Positions 13,149-25,765 of a stretch of DNA of 64,000 nucleotides are shown here, piece after piece. Below the pieces are notes generated by a model, which saw nothing but the letters and a program-made list of their open reading frames with translations, had not been told where the DNA came from and ran no database searches. Source of the DNA: Malacoraja senta (lineage: Eukaryota); the NCBI GenBank assembly GCA_038087875.1, contig CM075990.1, forward strand, positions 16,804,001 to 16,868,000, given 5' to 3'. How positions within the stretch are numbered: position 1 is the stretch's first letter; each line of letters begins with the position of its first letter. The position numbers were made by a program, and so were the translations under genes.

Positions 13149-14099
13149 TATTCTTTCACCTTGTGTCACCTGGTTACTACCTGCACTGTCAGGATCACCC
13201 TCTATCCTGCACCTCGCTCCACTGTTGGTGTCCACTTGACTTTTGTTGGCTTGAAAGTTGGAAAAAAATTAAGAAAGGCAGCACGGTGACGCAGCGGTAG
13301 AGCTGCTGCCTCATATCGCCAGAGACGTGGGTTCGATCCCAACCTCGGGTACTGTCTCCGTGGAGTTCGCACGTTCTCCCTATGACCAAGGGCGTTTTCT
13401 CCAGGCGCTCTAGTTTCCACATCCTAAAGACATGCAGATTTGTGGGTTAATTGGCCTCTGTAAATTGCCCTGCCAGTGGGTATGGAGTGGATGAGGAAAT
13501 GGGATAACATAGAACTAGTGTGAACGGGCGATTGACGGTCGGCATGGAGGGCCTGTTTCCATGCTGTATCTACAATAGTGACCCATTTGTCGTTAGCTGG
13601 CAGCTAAGTCCTTGTGTCACTTGGAGTTACAAAATCACAATGCACCAGGTGGGGCACTTATAATAAGTGGGTTGAATGAATCTTTAATGGCTCATGTAAA
13701 GCTATGGGACGGACGTCAGTGTGATTACTGCTCGGCAGGGAATGATGTATGGCTTTCCACTCACTCATCTCGCTCTGTGGCATTTGTAGCTTTTACACGT
13801 GATGGACAAGCTTAAAGTCCAAGACGTTTCCATAAAATCTTCCGCGTATTTCTTGCATTGATGAATGATTTCTTCGCTAAGCTTCCACTGAGCCCTAGTG
13901 CGTAGGATAGTGCGAGTGTACGGGGATCACTGGTCAGCGTGGACTCAGTGGGCTGAAGGGCCTGTTTCTGTGCTGTATCTTTAGACTAAACTAAACCAGG
14001 AGGGAGGCAAGAAAGACTTGCAACTCAAGCCTTCAAATCAAGAAACAAATCTGTTGAAAGAGTTGAAAATATATTGCATTCCTGATCTACTTTTTTTAA

Positions 14100-14222
<123 letters not shown>

Positions 14223-14473
14223 TGATGATAAGGAACGGGCCGTGAATGAGGGGAGGCAAGTCAGGCTAGAGGTGAAGGTGACGTTTTTGTTATGTAGGTG
14301 CCTGGAACGTGCTGCCAGGGGTGGTGCTGGAAGTAGACTTTTGGATGGGCACCTAGGATATGGAGGGAATGGAGGGATGTGGATCGTGTGCAGGCAGAGG
14401 AGATTAGTTTAACTTGACATTGTGTTCGGCACGGACATTGTGATCCAAATGGCCTCTTCATGTGATGAAGTTA

Positions 14474-14643
14474 AGGGCCTGTCCAACTTGCCGATTTTTT
14501 CGGCGACTGCCGACGTCATTGACTGACGTATCAGGGTCACCGAAAGGTCAATACGTCATCACGCCGCGACTTTTTCTGTGACCTGATACGTCAGTCAATG
14601 ATGCTGGCAGTCGCCGAAAAAATTGGCAAGTGGGACAGGCCCT
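14474..14643. mobile_element. PIF/Harbinger-type MITE, nearly palindromic
   Basis: Same TIR, long inverted arms; flanks TTA / TTT. Confidence 0.8.
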
Positions 14644-16279
14644 TTTAGCTTTTAAGGAATAACTGTTCTCTGCTCTCTGAATAACGTTATGCTGGCAGCC
14701 CAGCCAATGCACTGCCCCTGCCCCCTCAGTGTTTCTGGGACAAAGCCAACCTCTTCAGTGGGTGGCACATGATGTCTTCAGGCATCTACTGGTGTAGAGG
14801 GACGGGGGGCACGAATATTTCAATGTACACAAGCGAGAGGGGCTTCGTTCAAAAAGGTTTGGAAACACAGGACTGAGATGAGGAACAACTCCCCTGAGAA
14901 TTTTGAGTCTTTAGTTATCTTCGCCAGGCTGAAGAGAAGACAAGGTGTGTCGAAAGCAGCGGTCGATATTTGGACTGGAGTAGACAATAGACGATAGGTG
15001 CAGGAGTAGGCCATTCGGCCCTTCGAGCCAACACCGCCATTCAATATGATCATGGCTGATCATCCCCAATCAGTACCCCGTTCCTTCCTTCTCCCCAAGT
15101 AGATACCCTGTTCTTGCCTTCTCCTCGAGAAGATTCGGAGGAATCAGGTTGGGGTTAGGCAGGTAACTGATGTCAAGGGCAGGAAAAGCTATCACTTTAT
15201 GAAATGATGAAGATAGATGGAAGGACTGAATAACCTGCACCTATCCAGATTCATATGTTCTTACGCAACGTTAACAGTTTTTATCACAGATTTTACCATA
15301 GGGGTGGAGGGAATTCTTGATGTACAATAAAAACTGAGAATGCTAGAAATATTCAGCAGCTTCAGTGGTTTCATTATTGCCACGTGTACCAGGTGCAGTG
15401 AAATACATTTTTTGCGTACAGCTCAACAAGACTATCCCAGTACATGAACACAACCCCCCGGTCAGTACAGAACAGCTCACTGCAAGAGTTGCTATTTTGG
15501 CGCCATTCTACAGTCTCAGTTGCAGCTGGCCACAAAGACCCATTGCAGCTATCACCACCATTCCGGCCATCCTATGATCTGATGTCCCTCTCCTTGCCCG
15601 TCCTTCCTCAGCCCTTGTTCAGCTTTTGACTCATGGTTTTGCTCATCGACGATGCATCTATCCTTCAGCCTAGGTAATCCTGGTCATTTTTATTTCTCCT
15701 GCCAATTTCCATCAACCGCAATACTTTCCTTCCTTCCCAGACTTGGTTTGCGCCGTCGAGCTGACGAAAAATGAAAATTAATAAATTCATTTTGGACACT
15801 TGGGGTTTGGGGTCGAATACTGGACACTCCAGTATTGAGTGAGAGCTCCACGATCGCAACCCTGCTTACTTCAACTGGCCGAATTGTAACAGCACTGGAT
15901 GAGTTTGTTTGAAGGACTGTGACATACATCCTGGTGATACACTGTTCCTCAATAGCGTAATTGGCTGGGTGTCAGAGACGAATCGAAAAGGAAACCAACT
16001 GCGATTGTAAAATAATGCCAAGGTCCCAAGGGTACCAGGGGTTACGGGTAGAAGGCAGGAGAGTGGGGTTGAGAGGGGCTCGAAGGGCTGAATGGCCTAC
16101 TCCTGCATCTATTGTCTATTGTCTATTGTCTATTGAGAGGGAGAGATAGATCAGCCATGATTAAATGGCAGAGTAGACTTGATGGGCCGAATGGCCCAAT
16201 TCTGCTCCCACAACTTATGAGCATGAATACTATTCATCTGCCGTTGATTCTAATGCACTATTGTTCACTGCTGTTACAG

Positions 16280-16374
16280 GAGTAATTCTCTACATATTAT
16301 TAGTCGGCTACCCACCTTTTTGGGATGAGGATCAGCATAAACTATACCAACAAATTAAAGCTGGTGCTTATGAC
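16280..16374 (+). CDS. CAMK2G: CaMKII coding exon, 95 nt ([31 protein letters not shown])
   Basis: tacAG acceptor, GTAAGT donor; phase 1 to 0. HKL is the beta/gamma state as recalled. Confidence 0.97.
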
Positions 16375-18382
16375 GTAAGTACAAGTGGACCTTGAGTTAG
16401 AGATCGAGGTAGAGTTTGTGATGATAATGGTGAGGAGAGTGATACGTAATGGACTGTCTATCAGCAACCTCTGGAATCCACATCTCCAGTTAAACCTGGA
16501 AATCCAGATGTTGCTGCTGGTGGTTCCCATCTTCCAGTGTCATTCACAAATGTCATTTATCCTCATTGCAAATGTTACTGCATGAAGCACGACTATGATT
16601 GTAGCAGCTTATTGAGCGAACATTGCTATCAACCTCTTTAATCGAGAACATTATTAGGTCTGTGAATTTTAATTTGTCTGAGAATTTATCAAAAATTCTA
16701 CTGCAGTTTAAATCATTTTTCCTTTCATTTCTTTCAGTTAGTTTAGCTTCTGCCTTTATCTCACGAGTCATTATTTTACATTCAAAACTCTTTAGAAAAG
16801 TTAGTTCAATAATTTTTCCCTTCCTGGTTTGTTGCCTGTTCAGTGTGATTGGTTATTCATATATTATGCTGGTAGATACCTTCTTCATGTCCATCTTCCA
16901 TGTTACAAATGTTGACGTCATCCGTCCTGAAACGTACGCAAGCTTCCGGTGACAATCAGTGGGAGCCATCACTTGTTGCAATAGATGATGGTGGTAGCAG
17001 AATTAGCTCAGGATACTTCCAGTTTCCAGCCCCGCGACGTGGACGCTTCTGCTATGGGCCCAGTAGATACCTGAATCCCCTTGAACCAAACAGCAATGGG
17101 CACCTGGTGGGGTGCACTGCGGCAAAGGTGATATTTCTGGGGACAGTTTTCTTTGTATCAATGCATTGCCACTTAATCCAAAATTCAGGCCATTAGACTT
17201 TTACTTTAGACTTTAGTGACTTTAGAGATACAGCGCAGAAACAGGCCCTTCAGCCCACCGCACCAACCAACAATCATCCCGTACACTAGCACTACCCTAC
17301 TGGAGCCCACTTACAATTTTTCTTGAAGCCAATTAACCTACAAACCTGTAGGTCTTTGGAGTGCGGGAGGAAACCGGATCACCCAGAGAAGACCCACGTG
17401 GTCACAGGGAGAACGTACAAACTCTGTACAGACAGCACCCGTAGTCAGGATCGAACCCGGGTCTCTGGCAGTAACGCTACTGCTACGCCACTGTGCCAAC
17501 ATAGTTACTTTTCAAGAGAAATGTTTTATATTCCATTTTACGAGAATCCCGCCTAGGTTAATGGTCACCAGCGATAAGAGAGGTTGCTCAAACTTGCATT
17601 GTTTTTCTCTGGAGTGTTGGCCATTTAGGACTGAGATAAGGAAAGACTTTTTCACTCAGAGAGTTGTGAATCTGTGGAATTCTCTGCCACAGAAGGCAGT
17701 GGAGGCCAATTCACGGGATGTTTTCAAGAGAGAGTTAGATTTAGCTCTTAGGGCTAAAGGAATCAAGGGATATGGGAAAAATGCAGGAACGGGGTACTGA
17801 TTATAGATGATCAGCCATGATCATATTGAATGGCGGTGCTGGCTCGATGGGCCGAATGGCCCACTCCTGCACCTGTTTTACTATGTTTGATTAGTACAGG
17901 TGTAGCGGTTATGCACACAGGATGAAGGCAGGACAATGGGGTTGAGAGGGAAAGATGGATCAGCCATGATTAAATGGTGGAGTAGACTTGGTGGGCTGAA
18001 TTGTCGAATTCTGCTCCCAGAACTTCTGAACATGAACTTATAAAGTTGAGAGTGATGCAGTTTAAAGGAGATGTGCGGGGCAAGTTTTTTGTTCAGAGAG
18101 TAGTGAGTGGCTGGAACAAGCTGCCAAGGGTGGTGGTGGAAGCAGATATGATAGTGGTGTATAAGAGACTTTTAGATTGGCACATGGATATGCATGGAAT
18201 GGAAGGATATGGATCATGTGCAGGCCAAGAAGATTAATTTAACCTAGCATCATGTTCAGCACCGATGTTGCGGGCCGAAGGGCCTGTTCCTACACTGTAC
18301 TGTTTGTTATTCTGTTTGGCTTTAAATGTCCCTGGTCCGAACTAGGATTGATCGACTAAGTGGAGAGGCTGATCATTTTCTT

Positions 18383-18880
18383 AAGATAGACACACAAAGG
18401 TGGAGTAACTCGGCGGGACAGGCAGAATCTTTGGAGAGAAGGAATGGGTGACGTTTTGGGTCATGACCCTTCTTCAGACTGTCGCGACCCGAAACATCAC
18501 CCATTCCTTCTCTCCAGAGATGCTGCCTGTCCCCCTGGGTTACTGTTTAAGAAGGAACTGCAGATGCTGGAAAATCGAAGGTAGACAAAAATGCTGGAGA
18601 AACTCAGCAGCAACGTTTCGGGTCGAGTCCTTACTTTCTCCTCCCCTTCTCAGCTCTCCCTCAGCCCTCTGGCTCCATCTCTTCCTTTCTTCTTCCCGCC
18701 CCCCCACCCTCACATCAGTCTGAAGAAGGGTTTCGGCCCGAAACGTTGCCTATTTCCTTCGCTCCATAGATGCTGCCTCACCCGCTGAGTTTCTCCAGCA
18801 TTTTTGTCTACCCCTGAATTACTCCAGCTTTTTGTGTCTATCTTCGGTGTAAACCAGCATCTGCAGTTCCTTCCTAAACA
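18383..18880. mobile_element. Nested pair of PLE-derived mini-palindromes
   Basis: Outer TSD CTGATCATTTTCTT at 18369-18382 and 18881-18894; inner element about 18545-18810 with a degenerate 13-bp duplication. Confidence 0.82.
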
Positions 18881-20489
18881 CTGATCATTTTCTTCTTGGT
18901 TTTATTCTGAATAAAATCTAAACCTTTAAACAAACTAGATTTTAAATATGCAGCATAAATTATGTAATGGGTAATCATGAGACCTACCATAACTTTGATA
19001 TTAAATTGCATTCAGTTATTCAGGCTGTATTGCTGGCAAAAGCAATTATCTTTCTTCCTTCAAATTAGAGACCAATATGACATATTTAATATAATTTATG
19101 CAAATTCTTTGGGAACTATTTTCCGAGAGACTTCAGTGTTCAGTAAAGTGAGCGAGATTGTTTCTGAGAAATCATGGACTCTTTCTTCAGCATAGGAGGT
19201 GGCCTTTAAAAAGCTGCATGACTGTCTGAAAGAAGTCCGATTATTCCTCCTGCTATCCTCTCTTTCCGACAGCCTTGTGGATTTTTTTTCCATTTCAAGA
19301 ATTTATCCAATTCTCTTTTTAGTTTTTAGTTTAGAGATACAGAGTGGAACCAGGCCCTTCAGCCCATCGAGTCCAACTTGCCATCATACGTTCAGACCAG
19401 TTCTATCCCACATACTAGTGAGATACAATTTACTGAAGCCAATTTACCTACAAAACCTACTAGTCTTTGGAATGTGGGAGGAAACCGGAGCACCCAAAGA
19501 AAACCCACCCATTCACAGGGAAAACGTACAGACTTGATATAGACAGCACATGTAGTCAGGATAGACCCCAAGTCTCTGGCGCTGTAAGGCAGCAACTCTA
19601 CCACCGCCCCACCGTGCCACCCCTCAGTTTTTAGTTAATTGATTTTCTCCAGCATATTGGATAATCCGTGCAAAGTCTGAAGAAGGGTTGAAACATTGCC
19701 TGTCTGTGTCATTCAGAGATGTGGCCTGACCCACTGAGTTACTCCAACATGAAGATCCTGGCATTCATAGTTCCTTGTCATACCACAAGAATTTGGAGGA
19801 ATGCTCTTCCTTGATATTTTAGCAATAGCTTGTAATCGGCACTTGTTAGAAGCAACAGGAAGTAGGAACACAGCATCTGTGTTTAAACCGTGCAAATAGT
19901 GCAAATGTTGCCTTTTCACTTTTTCTTTTATGCCCTGTACTTAGAGATAGTTTAAATCTTGTGCCCTGTTAAATTGGACCACACATCTCTGGGCATATTT
20001 CACCCAAACGAAATGATCCATTTTCCATCATTAGTCGGGTAATTAATGATTGAAGTTTTTGATTAATTGAAAAATACAGCATGAAAACAGGCCATTCGGC
20101 CCACTGAGTCCACGCCGACCATCGATCACCCATTCACACCGTCTCCCACTTTTGTATCCACTCCCTACACGCCAGGGACAATTTACAGAGGCCAATTAAC
20201 CTACGAACCTACACGTCTTTGGAATGTGGGAGGAAACTGGAGCACCCGTGGGAGACACACATGATCACGTGCAAACTCCACAATGTCAGGATCGAACCTG
20301 GGTCTCTGATGCTATACGAGAGCAACTATACCAGCTATGCTACAGCTGAGTAGCACGCTGCTCAGGAGGCCATTTCACCTCTTGTAGGAGAGCAATCTTG
20401 TGGAAAACCAGAGTCAGATGGTGCTGACTTGCATCCAACATTAAAAGAGCTTTTACTTGGCACGAGATCTTCCCAACCACCCTGCAGTG

Positions 20490-21075
20490 GTGTAGGAAGG
20501 AACTGCAGATGCTGGTTTAAACCGAAGATAGACACAGAATGCTGGAGTAACTCAGCGGGTCAGGCAGCATCTCTGGATTGAAGAAATAGGTGACGTTTCA
20601 GGTCGAGACCTTCTAGAGTTTTCTTAAGATAGACACGCATAGCTGGAGTAACTCAGCGGATCAGGCAGCATCTCTGGAGAGAATGGGTGACGTTTTGGGT
20701 CAAGACCCTTCTTCAGACTGTCTCGTCCGAAACATCACCCATTCCTTCTCTCCAGAGATGCTGCCTGTCCCACTGAGTTACTCCAGCTTTTTGTGTATAT
20801 ATTCAGTTTAAACCAGCATCTGCAGTTCCTTCCTAAACAATGTCTGAAGAAGGGTCTCGACCCGAAACGTCACCCATTCCTTCTCCCCAGAGATGCTGCC
20901 TGTCCCACTGAGTTACTCCAGCTTTTTGTGTATATATTCGGTTTATACCAGCATCTGTAGTTCCTTCCTAAACAATGTCTGAAGAAGGATCTCGACCCGA
21001 AACATCACCCATTCCTTCTCCCCAGAGATGCTACCTGACCTGCTGAGTTACTCCAGCTTTTTGTGTCTGTCTTCA
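20490..21075. mobile_element. Cluster of PLE 3'-end units: two minus-strand copies then three head-to-tail plus-strand units (135-bp period)
   Basis: CTGAAGA cores at 20844 and 20979; shared GATGCTGCC..CTGAGTTACTCCAGC body. Confidence 0.85.
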
Positions 21076-21121
21076 CCCAGCAGTTGTGTTGGCACTCCTC
21101 TAACATATAATTCTTGTTTAT

Positions 21122-22476
21122 GGTACACAAAAATGCTGGAGAAACTCAGCGGGTGCAGCAGCATCTATGGAGCGAAGGAAATAGGTAACGTTTCGGGCCG
21201 AAACCCTTCTTCAGACTGATAGGGGGTGGGGAGAAGAAAGGAAAAAAGGAAAAAGGCGGAGGAGGAGCCCGAGGGCTGGGGGAGGGGAGGAGACAAGCAG
21301 ATGGCTGATGAAGGGGAGGGGACAGCAAGGGCTAGCAGAATTGGGAGAATTCAATGTTCAGGCCCCCAGGATGTAGACTGCCCAAGCGGAATATGAGGTG
21401 CATTTCCTCCAATTTACGGTGTTGCTCGCTGTGGCCATGGAGGAGACCCAGGACAGAGAGGTCAGATACGGAATGGGAGGGGGAGTTGAAGTGCTGAGCC
21501 ACCGGGAGTTCAGGTTGGTTATTGCGAACCGACTGGAGGTGTTCGGCGAAACGATCGCCAAGCCTCCGCTTGGTCTCACCGATGTAGATCAGCTTGCATC
21601 TAGAGCAGCGAATGCAATAGATGAGGTTGGAGGAGATGCATATGAACCTCTGTCGCACCTGGAATGACAGCTTGGGTCCTTGAATGGAGTGGAGGGGGGA
21701 GGTGAAGGGACAAGTGTTGCATCTCTTGCGGTTGCAAGGGAAAGTACCAGGGGAGGGGGTGGTATGGGAGGGAAGGGAAGAATTGACAAGGGAGTTACGG
21801 AGGGAGCGGTCTTTGCGGAAGGCAGACATGGGGGGAGATGGGAAGATTTGTCCCTTCACCTCCCGCCTCCACTCCATTCAAGGACCCAAGCAGTCGTTCC
21901 AGGTGCGACAGAGGTTCACCTGCATCTCCTCCAACCTCACCTATTGCATTCGCTGCTCTAGATGCCAGCTGATCTAGATCGGTGAGGCCAAGCGGAGGCT
22001 TGGCGATCGTTTCGCCGAACACCTCCGGTCGGTCCGCAATAACCAACCTGAACTCCTGGTGGCTCAGCACTTCAACTCCCCCTCCCATTCCGTATCTGAC
22101 CTCTCTGTCCTGGGTCTCCTCCATGGCCACAGCGAGCAACACCGTAAATTGGAGGAAATGCACCTCATATTCCGCTTGGGCAGTCTACATCCTGGGGGCC
22201 TGAACATTGAATTCTCCCAATTCTGCTAGCCCTTGCTGTCCCCTCCCCTTCATCAGCCATCTGCTTGTCTCCTCCCCTCCCCCAGCCCTCGGGCTCCTCC
22301 TCCGCCTTTTTCCTTTTTTCCTTTCTTCTCCCCACCCCCTATCAGTCTGAAGAAGGGTTTCGGCCCGAAACGTTACCTGTTTCCTTCGCTCCATAGATGC
22401 TGCTGCTCCCGCTGAGTTTCTCCAGCATTTTTGTGTACCTTCGATTTTCCAGCATCTGCAGTTCCTTCTTTAACAC
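21122..22476. mobile_element. Penelope-like element: fold-back of two 5'-truncated GIY-YIG endonuclease/3' end copies
   Basis: ORF 21332..21877 (-) has CNRKRCNTC, LIYCIRCSRCKLIYIGETKRRLGDRFAEH and GLN motifs. Arms about 21122-21711 and 21849-22439; TSD TAATTCTTGTTTAT at 21108-21121 and 22477-22490. Confidence 0.92.
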
Positions 22477-23103
22477 TAATTCTTGTTTATCTTTGATTGG
22501 TTTGGAAGTCAAAAGAAACCAGTAAAACCTGCAAAGAATTTAGAATTTAATTTCTGCCCTGGAGTGACGGCAAAATGTCAATGTTCATTAGCTCTTTGAT
22601 TTATTTGATTTTGACAATGCCGGGCGTAATTATTTTCTTATTGAACAGTTCAGAGTCTTGCTGAGACACAGGGGGCTATGCGTTCTACTCAAATGCATGC
22701 AACACCCATTTACAATGAGCTGCCATTCTATTTTTGTGATGGATGCTGAACAAATAGAATTCTTTAAAATTGATTTAATAAAATGTCTATTCATGTTTCT
22801 GCAGTGAACCAGAGGGGGAATAATGAAAGGTTACTCCAGCATTTGCTGGATAATGACATTAATTACTATATAAATCAGTTCTGAATCCCAGTTGCTCTAT
22901 TTGCCATTTAAAGCATTTTAACAAGATTTTTTTTTAAACAAGACTGAACAAGATCTTTTCGGCTGGAAGATAAAAATGCTGAAGGAACTCAGCGGGTGTG
23001 GCAGCATCTATGGAGAGAAGAAATAGGCGACGTTTCGGGTGGAGACCCTTAGGGTCTCCACCCGAAACATCGCCTATCTCTTCGTTTTGGGTCAAGACCC
23101 TTA

Positions 23104-23328
23104 AGGGCCTGTCCCACTTTCACAACCTAATTCACGACCTTTTTTACTCGTGGACATTTTTCATCAGGCTAGAAAAACGGCCCGACCTGCTTGGTGCCAC
23201 GAGTACCTACGACTAGCATCACGGCCTGCTACGACCAACCTACGACGTCCTACGACCTCGTGACGACCATGCTGCGGTTATGAGTCAAGGGCAAACTCGG
23301 CAGAGGTCGTGAAAGTGTGACAGGCCCT
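23104..23328. mobile_element. PIF/Harbinger-type MITE inserted in a PLE mini-element
   Basis: TTA TSD at 23101-23103 and 23329-23331. Confidence 0.85.
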
Positions 23329-24153
23329 TTAGAGTCTCGACCTGAAACATCGCCTATTTCTTCTCTCCATAGATGCTGCCTCACCCGCTGAGTTCCTCCA
23401 GCATTTTTGTCTCCCTTCGATTTTTCCAGCATCTGCAGTTCTTTCTTAAACACAAGATCTTTTTGGCTATTCACTCTAGGGATGTGGTGTGATTGTAACT
23501 GGACTAACGTGAGCCTCTAATCTACAGACAGGCTTGGACCAGAGGGTCTGTGGGGAGCATCTGTGGGGAGAGTGAACGACTTTTCGTGTCAAGTCTCTTC
23601 ATCAGACTCCACCTGTCCGAAGGAGGGTCCCGACCTGAAACGACGTTTGTCTGTCCCTCCACAGATGCTGCCTGATCATTTCTCGAACGATTTCATTGAG
23701 AGCATTGCACCTCAGGTCCTCGATAATACTTCACCTCCAGCATGTTGCATACAACCTACATGATCTTTGGATGAATACAAGGCACAAGGAACTGCAGATG
23801 CTGGAATCTTCAGTAAAAATTACAAAGTGCAGGAGTAACTCAGCGGGTCAGGCAGCATCACTGTGGAATATAGATTGGTGATGTTTCGGGTTGGGACCCT
23901 TCTTCAGAATGATTGTCGTGGGAGGGGGGGGAAGCTGAAGGTGGGGGCCTGGCAATGGACAGGTGGATACAGGTAAGTGGGGGGGGGGGGGATTAGCAGA
24001 TAAGTGGACAAAGGCCGTGAAAGAAGGAGAGAAGAGTTGTTAACTGTGGCTATAGGAAGGGCTGTAGGTGGAAGGAGAAGTGAGTGGGGGGAAGAGCGAC
24101 GAAATGGGTACACTTCCATTTGCCTATCCGAGTTCTTTAGAGATGCTGCCTAA

Positions 24154-24495
<342 letters not shown>

Positions 24496-25217
24496 TAGTC
24501 TTCATGCCTTGTGTAGTCCTCATGCCTTGAGTAGTCTTCATGTCCTTGAATGGTCTTGATGTCCTTGAGTAATCTTAATGCCCTTCACAAGCTATAGGAG
24601 TAGAATTTGGCCATTCGGCCCATCGAGTCTACCCCGCCATTCAATCATGGCTGATCTCTGCCTCCTAATTCCATTTTCCTGCCTTCTCCCCTTAACCCTT
24701 GACACCCGTTCTAATCAAGAATTTGTCTACCTTTGCCTTCAAAATATCCACTGACTTGGCATCCACAGCCCTCCGTGGCAATGAGTTCTACAGATTAATT
24801 ACCCTCGGACTAAAGAAGTTCCTCCTCACCTCCTTTCTAAAAGAGCGACCTTTAATTCTGAGGCTACGACCTCTGGCCCTAGACTCTCCCACCAGTGGAA
24901 ACATCCTCTCCACACCACATCCCTTGATAAGTCTTCAAGCCCTTAAATAGTCTTTATGTCCATGATGAGTCTTCATGCCCTTTAGGCTGGTTAGATATCC
25001 TTTCAAGCAAATCATCCTTTTGCAGCTAACCGCGCGGGAAGTTATCGGCTTTCATTTGTGGACACAGTTTCCTTAAATATCCGATTAGGAGAAGTAAAAA
25101 TGAATGCAAATGGGCAAGGAATTGTTCCACAATATTGCTACTAAACACGATATTATATCAATGTTATTGATGCAAGTTAATATATGAAAGTGTCCTTCTC
25201 ACACCAAATAACACTGA

Positions 25218-25343
<126 letters not shown>

Positions 25344-25434
25344 TAGCCGTGCGTTTAACCTGAAGCCAAGGAAAGATTTTCTCGGAGGAGGTTGTTGAGA
25401 ACATAAGAAAATAGTGGCAGGAGTAGACCTGGGC

Positions 25435-25765
25435 AGTCACGGTGGCGCAGCGGTAGAGTTGCTGCCTTACAGCGAATGCAGTGCCAGAGGCCCGGGTTCG
25501 ATCCTGTCCACGGGTGCTGTCTGTACGGAGTTTGTACGTTCTCCCCGTGACCTGCGTGGGTTTTCTCCGAGATCTTCGGTTTCCTCCCACACTCCAAAGA
25601 CGTACACGTTTGTAGGTTAATTGGCTTGGTAAATGTAAAAAAAAAATGTAATTGTCCCTAGTGGGTGTAGGATAGTGTTAATGTGCGGGGATCGCTGGTC
25701 GGCGTGGACTCGGTTGGACAAAGGACCTGTTTCCGCGCTGTATCTCTAAACTAAACTAAGCTAAA
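25435..25765 (+). mobile_element. tRNA-derived V-SINE, HE1-like (representative + copy; others near 56-175, 550-857, 2426-3355, 9092-9395, 12448-12747, 13277-13572, 37824-38103, 52362-52650)
   Basis: A box GGTGGCGCAGCGG, B box GGTTCGATCC, V-domain GGAGTTTGTACGTTCTCCCCGTG, LINE-derived tail ending (CTAAA)n. Confidence 0.88.

Noticed and set aside
25435..25515. tRNA genes at SINE heads
   Set aside because: A and B boxes run straight into SINE body and tail; no complete cloverleaf.
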